In this document: piece by piece, positions 35,597 to 47,617 of the stretch
Numbering within the stretch: position 1 is the first letter of the stretch
Layout: each line of letters starts with the position of its first letter
Source: Scenedesmus sp. PABB004
Lineage: Eukaryota
Assembly: GCA_014905635.1 (NCBI GenBank)
Contig: CM026547.1
Span: 3,844,001-3,908,000 of the forward strand
DNA length: 64,000 bases
Reading direction: 5' to 3'
Translations under genes and position numbers: made by a program
The notes under the pieces: generated by a model
Told to the model about the DNA's origin: nothing
Database searches by the model: none
The model's input: only the letters and a program-made list of their open reading frames with translations

Positions 35597-38500
35597 TGTG
35601 GGGCGGGGCGCGCGGGGCAGGGCGCGCGGGGCGCGGGCCGCGGCGCCGGGCGCAACCCGCCCGCCGGCCTCCTGCCCCCCCCCCCCCCCCGGCGCGCGCA
35701 CCTGCACGCTGAGCGGCTTGCTGGACTTGGCCGACAGCTCCGCGAGCCGCGCGAGCGCGCCCGACGCGCCGCCGGGCGCCGCGCCGCCGCCGGGCGGCGG
35801 GGCCGAGCACGATCGGCGGCGCGGGCTGCAGGCGGCCGTGGCTGTCGCGCAGCTCCTCGGCACGGAAGAACTTGGCGCCCTGCCCCAGCCGCGTGCTGGT
35901 CATGACCTGGGCGGGAGGGGCGCCGCGCGGGCCCCGGGGGGCGAGGCGCGCGCGCGTCGGGCGGGGCAGCAGCAGGCGCGGCCGCCCCGAGCGGGGGGCG
36001 CGCGCCGCACGCGGAACGCCCGGCGCCACGGTGCCACAGGCGCGGCGGCGGCGCCGCACCTCGAAGCTGTTGCGGCGCTCCAGCTGCAGCTCCTGCACGC
36101 CCGCGGCGGCCTCGAGCTCCGCCGTGACGTCGCCCGGCGGCGCGGGCGGGCCGTTGGCGGCCGGCTCGGCGTCTGCGGCGTACGCGCGTGCGCGCGCGGG
36201 CGGCGGCCGGCAGGGTGGATGCGCGTGGCGCCGACAAGCCGGCGCGCCGCCCCCCGCCCGCGCCCCCGCCCCCGTGCCACGCCGCGCGCGCCCACCTTTG
36301 CTGGCGCGCCGCGCCGCGTCGGGCTGCGCCGCCGCGGGCGGCGCCGCGGGCGGCGGCGGGCCCGCGGCCGCGGCGACGGCGCGCATCATGCGCGCGATCC
36401 ACTCGTACTTGGTCGACACGTTCTCCGCGCGCAGCACGATCGACGTGTGGTCCTTCACGCACGGCCTGCGCCGCCGCGGCGGCGGCGGCCGCGGCACGGC
36501 GACCGTGTGGGCGGCCGCGCCGCGCGGCGCGGCGCGGCGCGGCGCGGGCGGCGCGGGGCATCGCGACGGCGACGGCCGCGGCACGGCGGGCGTGGGAGCG
36601 GCCGCGCGGCGCGGCGCGGCGCGGGCGGCGCGGGGCGTCGCGCGCGCGCAGCCGCACCGCCGCGGGTCGAGGCTGCGGATGCGGAGCAGCAGCGACGCGC
36701 GGTCGCCGCGCTGCATCTCGACGTGCGCCGAGCCGATCGAGGGGCGCACGTTGCCGCGCTCGTCGAGGTCCTCGATGATGCAGTCCGCGAGCGTGATCTG
36801 GCCGCGCAGGCCGTTGGGCTTGGGCACGTCGTCGGGCGTCTTGAAGTAGTACAGCGTCTTGTTGGAGTCTGGCGGGCGGCCGCGGCGGCGGCGGCGGCGG
36901 CGGCGGCGCGGCGTGAGTGTGGGTGGCGGAAGGGGCTGGTCAGCGCGGGGCGGACCGCGGCGCGCTGCGGCCGGCGCGGCACGGCACGGCGCGCGCGTGG
37001 TGGTGGTGGTGCGGCGCCTCTCGCGCTCACCCGAGAAGATGAAGAAGCGCTTCTGCCAGCGCCAGCCGTCGACGGGCAGGCTCTGCCGCGCGCTCTCCTC
37101 GTTGACCTTCTTGTCAAAGTGCGCCGCGATGTAGTCGCTCGGGTCGGCCAGGCTGCTCATGCTCAGCCCGCCGCCGCCGCCGCCGGACGGGCTGCTCGCG
37201 CCGCTCAGGCCGCGCCCGCCGCCGGGCGGGCCGAGCGCGCCGGGGTCGGGCGCGCCCGCGCCGCCGTCCGAGGCGGGCTCGCTCGCGCCAAAGCCCATGA
37301 AGCCCTTCTTGCCCTGCTTGCCCTTGATGAGCGCCTTTTGCACCGCCGCCTGGCTCTGGCTCGCCTCAAAGCGCCGGCACATGGTGTAGCGGAAGAAGCC
37401 GGCGGTGATGTAGGAGCGCTCCATGTCGCACAGCATCTGGGCCACTGCGCGCAGCGTGTGCGCGCGGGACGGGCGCGCGCGCGGTCAGCCCCGCGCCTGC
37501 CCGCCGGCGCCGCTGCTGCCCGACCTCGCCGGCCCGGCGGCCGCCGCCAATCGCTGCCGCTCGCGGCCGCTCGCTGCCGCGCAGCGCTCGCCGCTCGCCG
37601 CCGCTCGCCGCCCCGGGGGCGCGCCACCCCTCCCGCCTGCCCGCGGCGCCCGCGGCGCGCGCACTCTTCTCCGCCTCTGCGCGCCAGTCGTCGAGCGCGC
37701 GGATGATGGCGGGCATGATGAAGGTGCGAAACTCCGGCACGATCAGCGGGACCTTGCCGTTCATCGCCGCCTCCGTGTGCTCGCCCGCCACCGCCGCCGC
37801 GTCGCGCGCCGCCGCGACCAGCAGCGTGTACACCTGCGCGCGGCGCGGCGCCGGCGCGCGGCGCGGCACCGTCCGCCGCCGGCCGGCCGGCCGGCCGCCC
37901 GCCTGCGGGCGCCAGGGGCGGCGCGCCGCGCCGCCGCACCTGCGACACGCACTCCTGCACCGGCCCCTCCACCTGGTCCAGCGCCCGGCTGGCCATGAGC
38001 TGCAGGCCGCGCTCCGGCGACACCAGGTGCGGCTGGTAGCCGTCGGCGGTGCGCGTGATCTGCGGCGCGGCGCGGCGCCGCGGGCGGCCGTGAGCGCCGC
38101 AGGCCCCGCGCCGCCCCGGCCCCGCGGCGCGGCGCGCGCCGCGCCGCAGATCACGCGCCTTCTTCACGCTGTCGATGTTGAACAGCTTGTCAAACGGCAG
38201 CCGCCCCACGTTGCCGGCGAGGCCCTTGTCCGAGAAGAAGGCCTCCTTTATGCGGTTGGCGACCGGCGACTCCTGCGGCGCGCGGCGCGGGCCGCGGAGC
38301 GCGGGCAGTGGGGCGCGCCGCCGCCGCCGCCGCCACGCACGCGCCCGCGGCCGCCGCGCGCGGCCGCGGCCGCGCTGCCCCCAGGCACTGCCTTCAGGCG
38401 CTGCCGGCGCGGCGCGGCGCCGCCCGCCCACGCCGCCGGCGCCGGCGCCGGCACAGCAGCGGCAGCGGCGGCGGCTGCGCACGTTCACGATGTTGCTGAA

Positions 38501-39026
38501 CGCCTTCTCAAAGCCGCGGCACAGCTCAAACACATCGCGCAGCCCCTGCGGCGCCTCGCCCAGCGTGCTGACGGCCTTCTCGACCACGATGCGGCGCTCG
38601 GTGAGGCGCTCGATGACCTGCGGCAACCGACAGCAGCGGCGGCGGTTGGCGCCGGCGCGCGCCGCGGCGCCGGGGCGCGCCGCCGCCGGCCCCGCGGGCG
38701 CCCCCGGGCCCAGGCATGCCGGCGGGCCCCTGCTGGCGGGCCCTGCCGCGGCTGCCGCGCCCGGCAGGCGCCAGGTCCGCGCTGCGAGCAGCAGCTGACG
38801 CCCGGTCCGGCGCCGGGGGGGCTCTGAATGCGCTCACGCCCCCGAAACCAGCGCGAGCGCCGTCCGCAGCGGTTCCAGGCGCAGCGCCGAGCCGCGCCGG
38901 GCCCCGGGCGCGCGGACGCGGGGGGTGCATGCCCACCGACTCCCCGCCCAGCCCCCCGCCCGACGCCGGCTCCGCTCGCCCCACCTGGGACAGTGCCACG
39001 GTGGGAATCTCCACGCGGTCCGCCAT
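34507..39026 (-). CDS. Dynamin-related DRP2-like protein (middle + PH + GED + Pro-rich tail), apparently without a GTPase domain
   Basis: Middle domain DVFELCRGFE..ADGYQPHLVSPERGL..DMERSYITAGFFR. PH domain WQKRFFIFS..LYYFK..LRGQITL..KYEWI. GED YVTMVCDTIVTTVPKSVVHCLVRKAEK. Pro-rich tail RAPPPPPK*. First exon MADRVEIPTVALSQ|. Confidence 0.8.
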
Positions 39027-40571
39027 GGCGCCCCCCAGCCCAGAGCGAGCAGGCGCCCGCGCCGGGCGTGCGCGCGCAGCTGGCCGCGCCCTGCGAGCCT
39101 GGCGGCGCGGGGCTGCGATCCGGGGAGCCGGGGGTGTGACGCCCGCGACGGCCGGGCCGCACGGAGCCGGCGCGCGCGGTGGCGCGTCGGCCGGGCGGCG
39201 GTTCGCCGGGCGCGCGCCGCCGGGCCGCGATGCCGCCGGACGCGAGGGGCGGCAGCAGGGTTGCCTGGAGCCTCAGTCTGCCGCAGCTCCTCCGGATCCC
39301 GCGCGCCCCCGACGCGCGGCGCGTCGCTGGACGCGCGCCGCGCGCGGTGCCTGACCCCGCCCCGCCCACGCAGGACCGCCATCCCTGCTGCACGGGCAGC
39401 TCTGTCAGCGCCACGAGCGTGCACCCTGTCGACGCCACACAGCGCCGTCGAAAAAGCCACACGGCTACCGCCCGCAGTCGCGCTGACTGACGAGCAACAA
39501 AACCCCCGCGCTCGCGGAGCCCAGCCCACGCGCCTGCCAGAGGTCGGGAGTGCCCCCGACAGTCGCAGTGCTGCGCTCACAGAGTGCCGTTGGTGATACT
39601 GAGCAGCGCAACGCGGGTCGCGGCGGCGCGCCCGGCCCGCCGGCCAGCGCGTGTGCGCCCGCCCGCCGCGCGCCGTCAGCTGCAGCACGACGAGCCCGCC
39701 CCAGCCTATGGCAAAAAAGCCCATCCGCGCGAAGCCGATCGCAGCAGCCGTGCAGCTGCGCGGCTCGCGCGTTGGCCGCAACGCATTCGCGTTGCCGCCA
39801 CATCGGCGGCCGCGACCCCGCCATGCGCCTACATGCTTGCTGCTTCACCGGCCGCCACGCAGACCCGCCTCCGGCCCACCATGGCGCGTCGCAGCGCCGC
39901 GCGTTGACAGAGCCCTCCAGAGCTGAAGCCGCCAAGCCGATCAGGCCAGTGCTGTTGCGCGAACGATCACGCGCAGCTGCCTACGATGCCTCGCCCGCCT
40001 GCTGCTGCGCCATGCGCACAGATCAAAAACCAGAACCGACGACATGCACGCCTAGGGTGCGCCGGCCAGCCGTGCGCAGCCACACCGACCACCACGTGGC
40101 CCCAGCTACGAGGCACACGGGCTCAGCGTGCGGGCTCGTGCGAGCAGCCGCAGCAGCGGTGTTGATTTGATGGCTAAGGTTGGATAAGAGCAGCCGTGCG
40201 GTCCAAGGCGCGGCCGCGGCGGCAACGCTCGACGGCCGCAGCGACCGCCGCTGCAATCGTCGCAGCGAGGCGCGGTTGTGTGTGCAGTGCGCAGTGCACA
40301 CCCTGGTGCCCCAGCCACTTGCGCCCCGTTCAGCGGCGCACCGACGGGCAAGGAATCCGGCGGCGCACGCGGGGCGCCGCCATCAGCGACCCTGCTCGTG
40401 GCTTGCGCGGGTGCCAGCGTGAAGGTGGAGGAATGCCGCCCTGGGTTCGCACCAAGGTGATGCGAGTCCCGCCAGCTTGACCGGCACCACGCCCTGCCCA
40501 CCCAAGAACGCCTAGCTGCAGGCGGCGCGCACGCCGCCGCTGTCCGAGTTCCCGCCCGCGCCGCGGCGCGC

Positions 40572-41592
40572 TCACAGCCAGAGCGCGCCCGGGCCGGCGC
40601 GCAGCTGGCCCGGCAGCAGCAGCTGGCTGCGCTGCATGAAACCCGCGAGCTGCGGCTGGAACGCCAGCGGCTGCGCGCGCGCCTTCTTGTGCTGCTTGGC
40701 GGCGTCCATCCACTCGCAGATCATGGGCCCGCGTGCGCCGGGCCACTGGAACTTGCCGCCCAGCGCTGCCAGCGCCGCGGCGGCCGAGCGGTCCGCAAAC
40801 ACCACGAGGCCGCAGCCCTTGCTGGTCCTGCTGCCCGACCACGGCTTGAAAAGGTTCACGTTGAGCACCTGCGGTACGCGGGCGGCGCCTGGGGTTGAAC
40901 AGCCGTTGACGGCGTCGCCGGCACGTGCTGGCGCGCACAGGCCGCCAGGATCGCCCGCGCCGCGCTCCACGCTGCCGCACCGGGCCGAACTGGGCGAACA
41001 GCGCGGTCAGCGTCTCCGCCGGCACGATGGGCGTGACGCCCGCAAAGAAGACGGTGCGCTGCTCCGCGCTGTGGGGGTGCGCCAGGCCACCCGGGAGCAG
41101 CTGCTGGTGGTGCGGGTGGGCCGCGCCGCCAAACGCAAACCCGGGGTGCGCCGCCGGTGCGTAGCCCGCCGGGATGGAGGCAAAGGCGGAGTGCTGGTGC
41201 AGCGGCGTGGCTCCCAGCAGCTGCGCGCGGGGCAGGGCAGGCGGCGGTCAGCAGCGCGCGCTGCGAGGGGCTGGCACTTGCAGGACCGGCGCCGGCGGCC
41301 GCCGCCGAGCTCGGTGCGGGCGGGAGGTAGCACTCTCCAGTTCCCCGCACACACAGCGCGGCCCGAGCGCGGCCTTGGCCTGCCGCCGCAACCATCGTAA
41401 CGCGCTCGCGCTCACCGGCGCGCCCAGGGGCTCCGGCGCGAGGCCCAGACCGCCGTGAAGCGGCAGCGACGCGGTGAAGCTGCCTGACGAGCAGCCGCCA
41501 AACAGCGATGCGCCAAAGGCCAGGGCCGCGCTAAACGGCAGGCGCGGTGTGGCCTCCGGCTCGCCGCCGAGCGCCAGCCCGCCGCCCATCAT
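40572..41592 (-). CDS. RRM protein (CELF/Bruno/FCA-like RRM); start uncertain
   Basis: RNP2 RTVFFAGV, then LFAQFGP|VLNVNLF..SKGCGLVVF..ALGGKFQWPGARGPMICEW. Confidence 0.65.
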
Positions 41593-41839
41593 GATGCCCT
41601 GGCCTCGCCGAGCTGCCACAGTTACGCTACGGACGGGCGGGCAGCCTACCGGCTGTGGCGGCGCCCGCGCTGCTGTTGGCGGCGGCGCGGCGCGTGCCGT
41701 GGGGCTGCTGCTAGGGCGGGCGCTGCGGCGGCGGCGTGCTGCTAGGAGTCAGCGGTGCGCAGGCGGGCAGGTCACGCGCGACGCCGGGCGGTTGGGGTTC
41801 ATCGGGCGTCGAGCCCCGCGCGGCCCCACGCCGCGCGCC

Positions 41840-44800
41840 TCACCCGCCCTCTGGCGCGGCGGCGGCGGCGTGGTAGGTCCCGGTGGCGACGTCGTAGGTG
41901 AGGAGCACGTCGCCGATGCGGCCAGCGAGCTTGTTGCGCACTTTGCGCACGAGCAGCTGCACCGCGTACGGGTCGCGCCCCTCCTGCCCGCCCGTGAAGG
42001 GGCGGTGCACGACGATGCCGTTGTCGGCCTTGTTTATGAAGTTGGCGCTGCCGCTGATGTCGTACATGCTCGGCGCGCCGAGCGCGGACGTGCCGCCGCC
42101 GACGCCGAGGCCGCGCTGCGTGCGCGGGTGCGCGACAAACCAGACGTGCACATCGTGGTGCTGCGCAAAGCGCTTGACCTTGGTCAGCAGCCGGCTCACG
42201 TGCTCCGTCTCGCTGAAGCTCGAGGGCCGGCGGTGGTCCAGCTCGTTGTAGGGGTCGATGATCAGCCCCCGGATGCCGTACCTGCCGCGCCAGGCGGACG
42301 CGGCGGCCCCTCAGCGCCCACAGCGCAGCGGCAACGCGCCCCTCAGCCGCGGCGCCCGCGCGCGCAGCCCCGCCCCGCGCCGCCCCGCGCCGCGCCGCCC
42401 AGCGCCGCGCCGCGCGCGTCGCGCCGCACGCACCGCAGCACCGCGGCGCGCGCCTTGTCGAGCACCCAGTCGATGCTGGGCGCCTCGTCGGGGCGGGGGC
42501 GGATGATGTGGAAGTGGGCGTCGATCCAGAGCAGCGCGTCGACGACCTCGTCAAAGTCCATCTTGGCCGTGCCCACCGCGTACGCGGCGTTGAGGAACGC
42601 CTTGCCTGCGCGCGTGTGCGTGCGTGTTTGTGTGTGTGCGCGTGTGTGCGTGCGTGTGCGTGAGCGGGTGGGTGCGTGCGCGGGTGGGTGGCGCGAGGGG
42701 GCGGGCGCGAGGGGGCGGCGTGCGGGGCGGCGCGGGAGCGCGCGCGGCCCGCCCTGCCCCCCAGCCGCGCGGCGGCCGCGCGCGGCCGCGCGCGCCCGCC
42801 GCCGCGCCGCACCGGTGTACTTTTCCATGAGCTTGCGGCCGTGCTCCTTTGGGCTGTTCTCCATGCTGCACACGCCGATGCGCCAGCCCTGGCTCAGCGC
42901 GAGGTTGACCGCGAGCGCGTCGAGCCACTCGCTCTTGCCGCTGTTGGGCAGGCCCGTCACGACGGTCAGCTCGCCGGGCACCACCTGGCGGCCGCGGCGC
43001 GGCGCGGCGCAACATCGTCGGCGTCGGCGGCGGCGGCGGCGGCGCGGGCGGGCGGGCGCCGCGCAGTGCTGGGGCCGCGGGCCCCAGGCCGGCCCGAGCC
43101 AGCCCGAGGCGGCAGCCCGGGCGGCGGCGGCGCCACTGACCTTGTAGAACTCGTCCACCGCGTCCCACCCGGTGCTCACGCCCCAGCTGAGCCCGCGCGG
43201 GCCCTGCTGGTACAGGTCGTACACCTGGCGGCGACGCGCGGCGGCGCGGGAGCCGCGGCGTGAGCGCGGCGGCGGCGGCACGGCGTGGCCCGCCCCCGCC
43301 GGCCGCCCGCGGCGCGCGCGCGTGCGCGCCTGGGGCCAGAACTCTTCGAAGCGGAAGAGCCCTCGGATGGGCAGCGGCTGCGCCGCCTCCACGTACGCGC
43401 GCAGCACGGCGGGGCCGTCCCGCATGAGCACCTCGTTCGCGTCCTTGCGCGCCCAGCGACACGCCGCCGACGCAGCCGCGGCGTCGCCCGCCGCGGCGCC
43501 GCCGGCCGCGGCGTCGGCGCCGCCCGCGCCGTCCGCGCCCGCCGCCGCGGCGCCGGCGGCGGCGGCCGCCGCCGCGACGGCGTCGGGGTGCAGGCTGTCG
43601 TGCACGCCGGTGGGCCACGTGACGCGCCAGCAGCGCTCGCGCCCGATGCGACGCGCGAGCTCGTCCGCGAGCACCACGCCGGGGCCGTCGCTGTCGACCG
43701 CCAGGATCACACGCTCGACGCCGCTGAACAGCTCGGAGCAGTTGGACACCTGACGCAGCACGGGCGCGGGCGCGGGGCGGGTCGGGGCGGGCCGCGCGGG
43801 GGCGGCCGCGCGGGCGCGGCGCGGCTGGGCGCGGCGCGGCGCGGCGCGGCCGGGGCCCCGCCCGCGCACGGCGCTCACGTAGCGGAACTTCCGCTCCATG
43901 CTGCCCGCGGGCGCGCCGTCCGCGGCGCCGGGCGCGGGCGCGCCCGACGGCACGCTCAGCACCGCGACGCGGCGCGGCGCGCCGCCGTCGTCGCCGCCGT
44001 CGCCGCCCGCGGCGGCGCCGGGGGCGTCGGGGCCGTACAGCAGCGCCTCCTCGAGCGCGAGCTTGTCCATCTCGCCCTCCACGATGATCACCTCGCGCGC
44101 GCCCTGCGCCAGTCGCCGGCCGGCGGCGGCGAGCAGCGCGCCCTCAGCTCTCTCAGCTCTCTCAGCCCTGGGCGCCCTGGGCACCCCTGCGCCCTGCCCC
44201 ACCCCTCTGCCCCCCCCCTCCCCTCTCTGCCCGCGCCGCAAAGCCGCGCGCCTTGGCGTCGTCGTAGCCGTAAAAGACCTGCTCGCCGCCCTTGGACTGG
44301 CTGAAGTGCTTTTCGAGCGCGCGGTACTTGACGTTGACGATGCACCCGTGCTTGTAGTAGGGGAACGCGATGTGCTCCGCCTCGCACCCCAGCGCGCGGC
44401 AGAAGCGCGTCTCGCACGCGACGCCCGCGCGCGCGAGCGTGGCGGGCCCGATGCCGCGCCCCGCAAACCACGCGGCGAGGCGCGGGCTGAGCGGGCGCAG
44501 CTTGGCGCCGAGCGACCCCGGCGGCGGGCGCTGCTCCACGAGCGCGCCCTGCTGCGCGCGCCAGCGCACGGCCGCGGCCGCGTCGGCGGCGCTGCCGGGC
44601 GCCAGCCGCGCGCGCTCCACCGCGCTCGCCGCCGCGGCGGCGGCCTCGGCGCTCGCGTCGAGGCCGCCCGCGACGTGCACGCTGCCCGTGAAGCCGCACG
44701 ACGCGCGGTGGCAGCACCACAGTATGGAGTCCTCCTCCACCGTCACCGCGAAGCTGTCGTCGCCGTGCAGGCCGTTGCCGCACTCGGGGCACACGAGGCG

Positions 44801-45760
44801 CTGCGTGCCCGGGTGCAGCGGCGGCGGGTCCTCCTGCCAGCGCTCCGCCAGCTTGATGAGCAGCAGCTGCGCCGGCCGCGGCGGCGGCGGCGTGAGGGCA
44901 GGCCGCGCTGCGCGCCGTGCTGCTGGGCGTGCGGGCGCCGCCGCTGGCTTGGCCTCCCGCCGCAGCCTCCCCGCCGCCGCCCCCGCACCTCGTGCTTCTC
45001 ATCCGGTGCCATGTCAGCGATGCTCTTGCCAAACCAGCCGGACCGCTGGCCGCCGCCGCCGCCGCCCGCTGCCGGCGCCTGGCCGTTGGCCAGAGCGGCC
45101 GGCGCCGGCGCCGCCGCGGCCGCGACCACGGCCCCCAGACTGCCGCGCGGCGGCTGCTCCAGCGGGCCGGCCGGCGCGCCGCCGCCCGCTGCCGTGGACA
45201 GCCCCCGCCAGCCGCGCAGACCCTGGTGGTGCTGCTGGTGCTGCTGGTGCTGCTGGTGCTGCTGCTGCAGCGCGGCGGGGCCGCCCGCCAGCAGCTGCCG
45301 GCGCGCCGCAGCCGGGTGCAGCAGCGGCGCGGGCGCGCAGCCGCAGGCTGCGCCGCACGCGTGCGGCTGCCCCCGCTCCCAGTGCCGCTGCGGCAGCGCC
45401 GTTGCGCCGCTGGCGGCGGCGCCGCCCTGCGCGGCGGCCGGCAGCCCGTGCACAGCCGCGAGCGCCGGCAGGAGCGCGGCGCCGCCGACCTGGCGACCGC
45501 TCTGCGCTGCCGACGCCGCCAGCCAGCAGCGCGGCAGCCCGCCGCGCTGGCAGGCCGTCAGCGGGGGCGCCGCCGAGCCTGCGGGCGGCGCTGCGCGGCG
45601 CGGCGCGGTCGGCGGGCGCTCCGCCGCTGCTGCGCGCGGCCTCGCCCCGCCGCCGCCGCTCACCGCCGCCGGCGCCGTGACGCCCCATCACGCTCATGCC
45701 TCCCGTACGATTCACCAGGAGGCAGCCCCGTCGCGCGCCCCGCCACGCGCCGCGCAGCAT
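41840..45760 (-). CDS. Twinkle-like organellar primase-helicase (T7 gp4-like)
   Basis: Zn finger CPEC..CHRASC. TOPRIM IIVEGEMDKLA, ILAVDSDGPG, KDANEVL. SF4 helicase GELTVVTGLPNSGKS, IIDPYN, VWFVAHP, DISGSANFINKADN. Arg-rich presequence. Confidence 0.93.
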
Positions 45761-46252
45761 GCGGCGGCAAGCGGCGGCACGCGCTGCTGCGGCAGGCACG
45801 GCCGGCGGCGGCGAGGCGGTGCGCGTCGCGCGGCCTGCCACCTGCTGCGCCGGCCCAGCGAGCGGCCGGGAGCAAGTGCCGGGGGGCCCGGGGAGCTGCG
45901 CAGGCGGACGGCGGCGCAGCCGAAACCGCGCCGCGGGTCCGGCTGACGCCTGAGGGCCCGGTGCTCCCGCTTCAGTGACTGCTTCTGCCGACACAGTGGC
46001 ACACCTCCAGCCTCGCTCCCGGCCGCGCTCGACCGCGCGGCGCGCGGGCGCGCAAACGCAGCTGCGCGGCGCTGGCGGCGTGGCGCCGTGCTTGATGGCC
46101 CCGCCGGCCCGGGCGCCGCCCGGCAGCCGCGCCTGAGCTAGCGGGTGCCGCCAGCAGCTGCGGCGGCGGCGGCGGCGGCGGCGGCAGCAGCGCGCGGCGC
46201 CGCCGGCAGCTGCGGCGGCGCGGCTTCGCGGCAGCAGCGCGCGGCGGCGGCA

Positions 46253-47280
46253 ATGGGCGCGCATCTCTCGACGGTGCACGCGCTGGTGGCGGAGCAGTTT
46301 GCCAAGCACGACGAGGGCGGCAAGGGCTACCTGGTGCGGAGCCGATCAGCCAGCCGATCGCCAGCAGCTGGTCGCCGGGTCGCACGCACGCGCGGGAGCG
46401 GCGCTGGGCCGCGCGCCGCGCCCACCGACGGTCGCGCGGCCGGCGGCGCCCGCAGACGCTGCGCGAGGTCATGGCGATCCAGACGCCCTACGGCGTCAGC
46501 CCCGCCCACGTCGGCGTGCTGTACCAGGTCGACCGCAACCTGGACGGCCGCTTCACGCTTGAGGAGCTGCAAGCGTACGTGGGGTTCGTGCATGCCTATT
46601 CGCGCGAGCGCCGCGCGCTGGACGCCAGCCACGCCGCCGCCGGCCTCGCGAGCCTGCACATGTGGCACGCGCTGCGCGAGGACGCGGGGCGGGAGGAGTT
46701 TGTGGACTGGCGCGTCGCGCCGCGCGGCGGGGCGGGGCGCGGCGGGGCGCGCGTGCGGGTCGGCTGCGCACCGCCCTGCGCGCGGCGCGGCCGACCGCCT
46801 GGCCGCGCGGCGCGCGCAGGGCGGTGCGGCTGTTTGTCGAGGGCCACGCGACCGCCGAGATCGCGGGCGGCGACGAGCCATTTGTGCACCGCCGTGCGCT
46901 CAAGGCGCTGCACGTGCTGTTCGACATGGAGGTGCGCGGCCGCGGCAGGCGCCGCCTTTTCTCGCCGCGCACCGGGCGCGCCTCGCGGGGCTGGCGTCCT
47001 TTGACCGCGCCGCCCCGCCGCCGGCGCCGCGCAGCGCACGCTCGGCGTGGACTACGCGGGCCTGCGCGACATGGTCGCGGCGGCGGGCGAGGAGCAGGGC
47101 CTGCTGCAAGCGCGCGACCCCGAGCACGCGGCGTGGGTGCCGATCGAGACGCTCCGCCTGTTCGTGGAGGCCTTAGCGGACGGGGCGGCGGGCGTGATGG
47201 CCTCGGTGTTCGACGAGGACGCGGACGAGGTGCTGGCGGGCGTCGAGGGCCTGCTCGCCGGCGCCGCTGCGGCGCACTGA
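46253..47280 (+). CDS. EF-hand protein with a probable N-myristoylation motif, 4 exons
   Basis: MGAHLS start. EF-like loops DEGGKGYL|TLRE and DRNLDGRFTLEE. Confidence 0.7.
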
Positions 47281-47617
47281 GCGCGCGCGGCGCGGCGCGG
47301 CGCACTGAGCGCGCGCGGCGCACCGCGCCGGCCGCCGCGGCCGGCGCGGTCTCGGCAATCGACGGTCGCCAGCAGGTGGCCTGGGAGGACGCTGGCTCGG
47401 GCGCATCGGCCCGCGCATCGGCCCTGCGAGCGTTTGCGAACCGCGGTGCTGTCCCGCGCACGAGCTGCCCCCGCCGCCCTGCCCATCATCATCCGGCCAG
47501 CGACACGCCGTCGCGCGCACGCACCGCGACCGTCAGCCGGCGCCAGCGCGGCAGCAGCAGCACTTGCCTGGCAGCAGCAGCAACACTCTCGTGCCCGGTG
47601 CAGCCACGCCCAGCGCC

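Noticed and set aside
39300..40500. Lower-GC stretch with several short ORFs
   Set aside because: No coding bias or motifs. Most simply the 3' UTR of the RRM gene plus the promoter of the dynamin-like gene.
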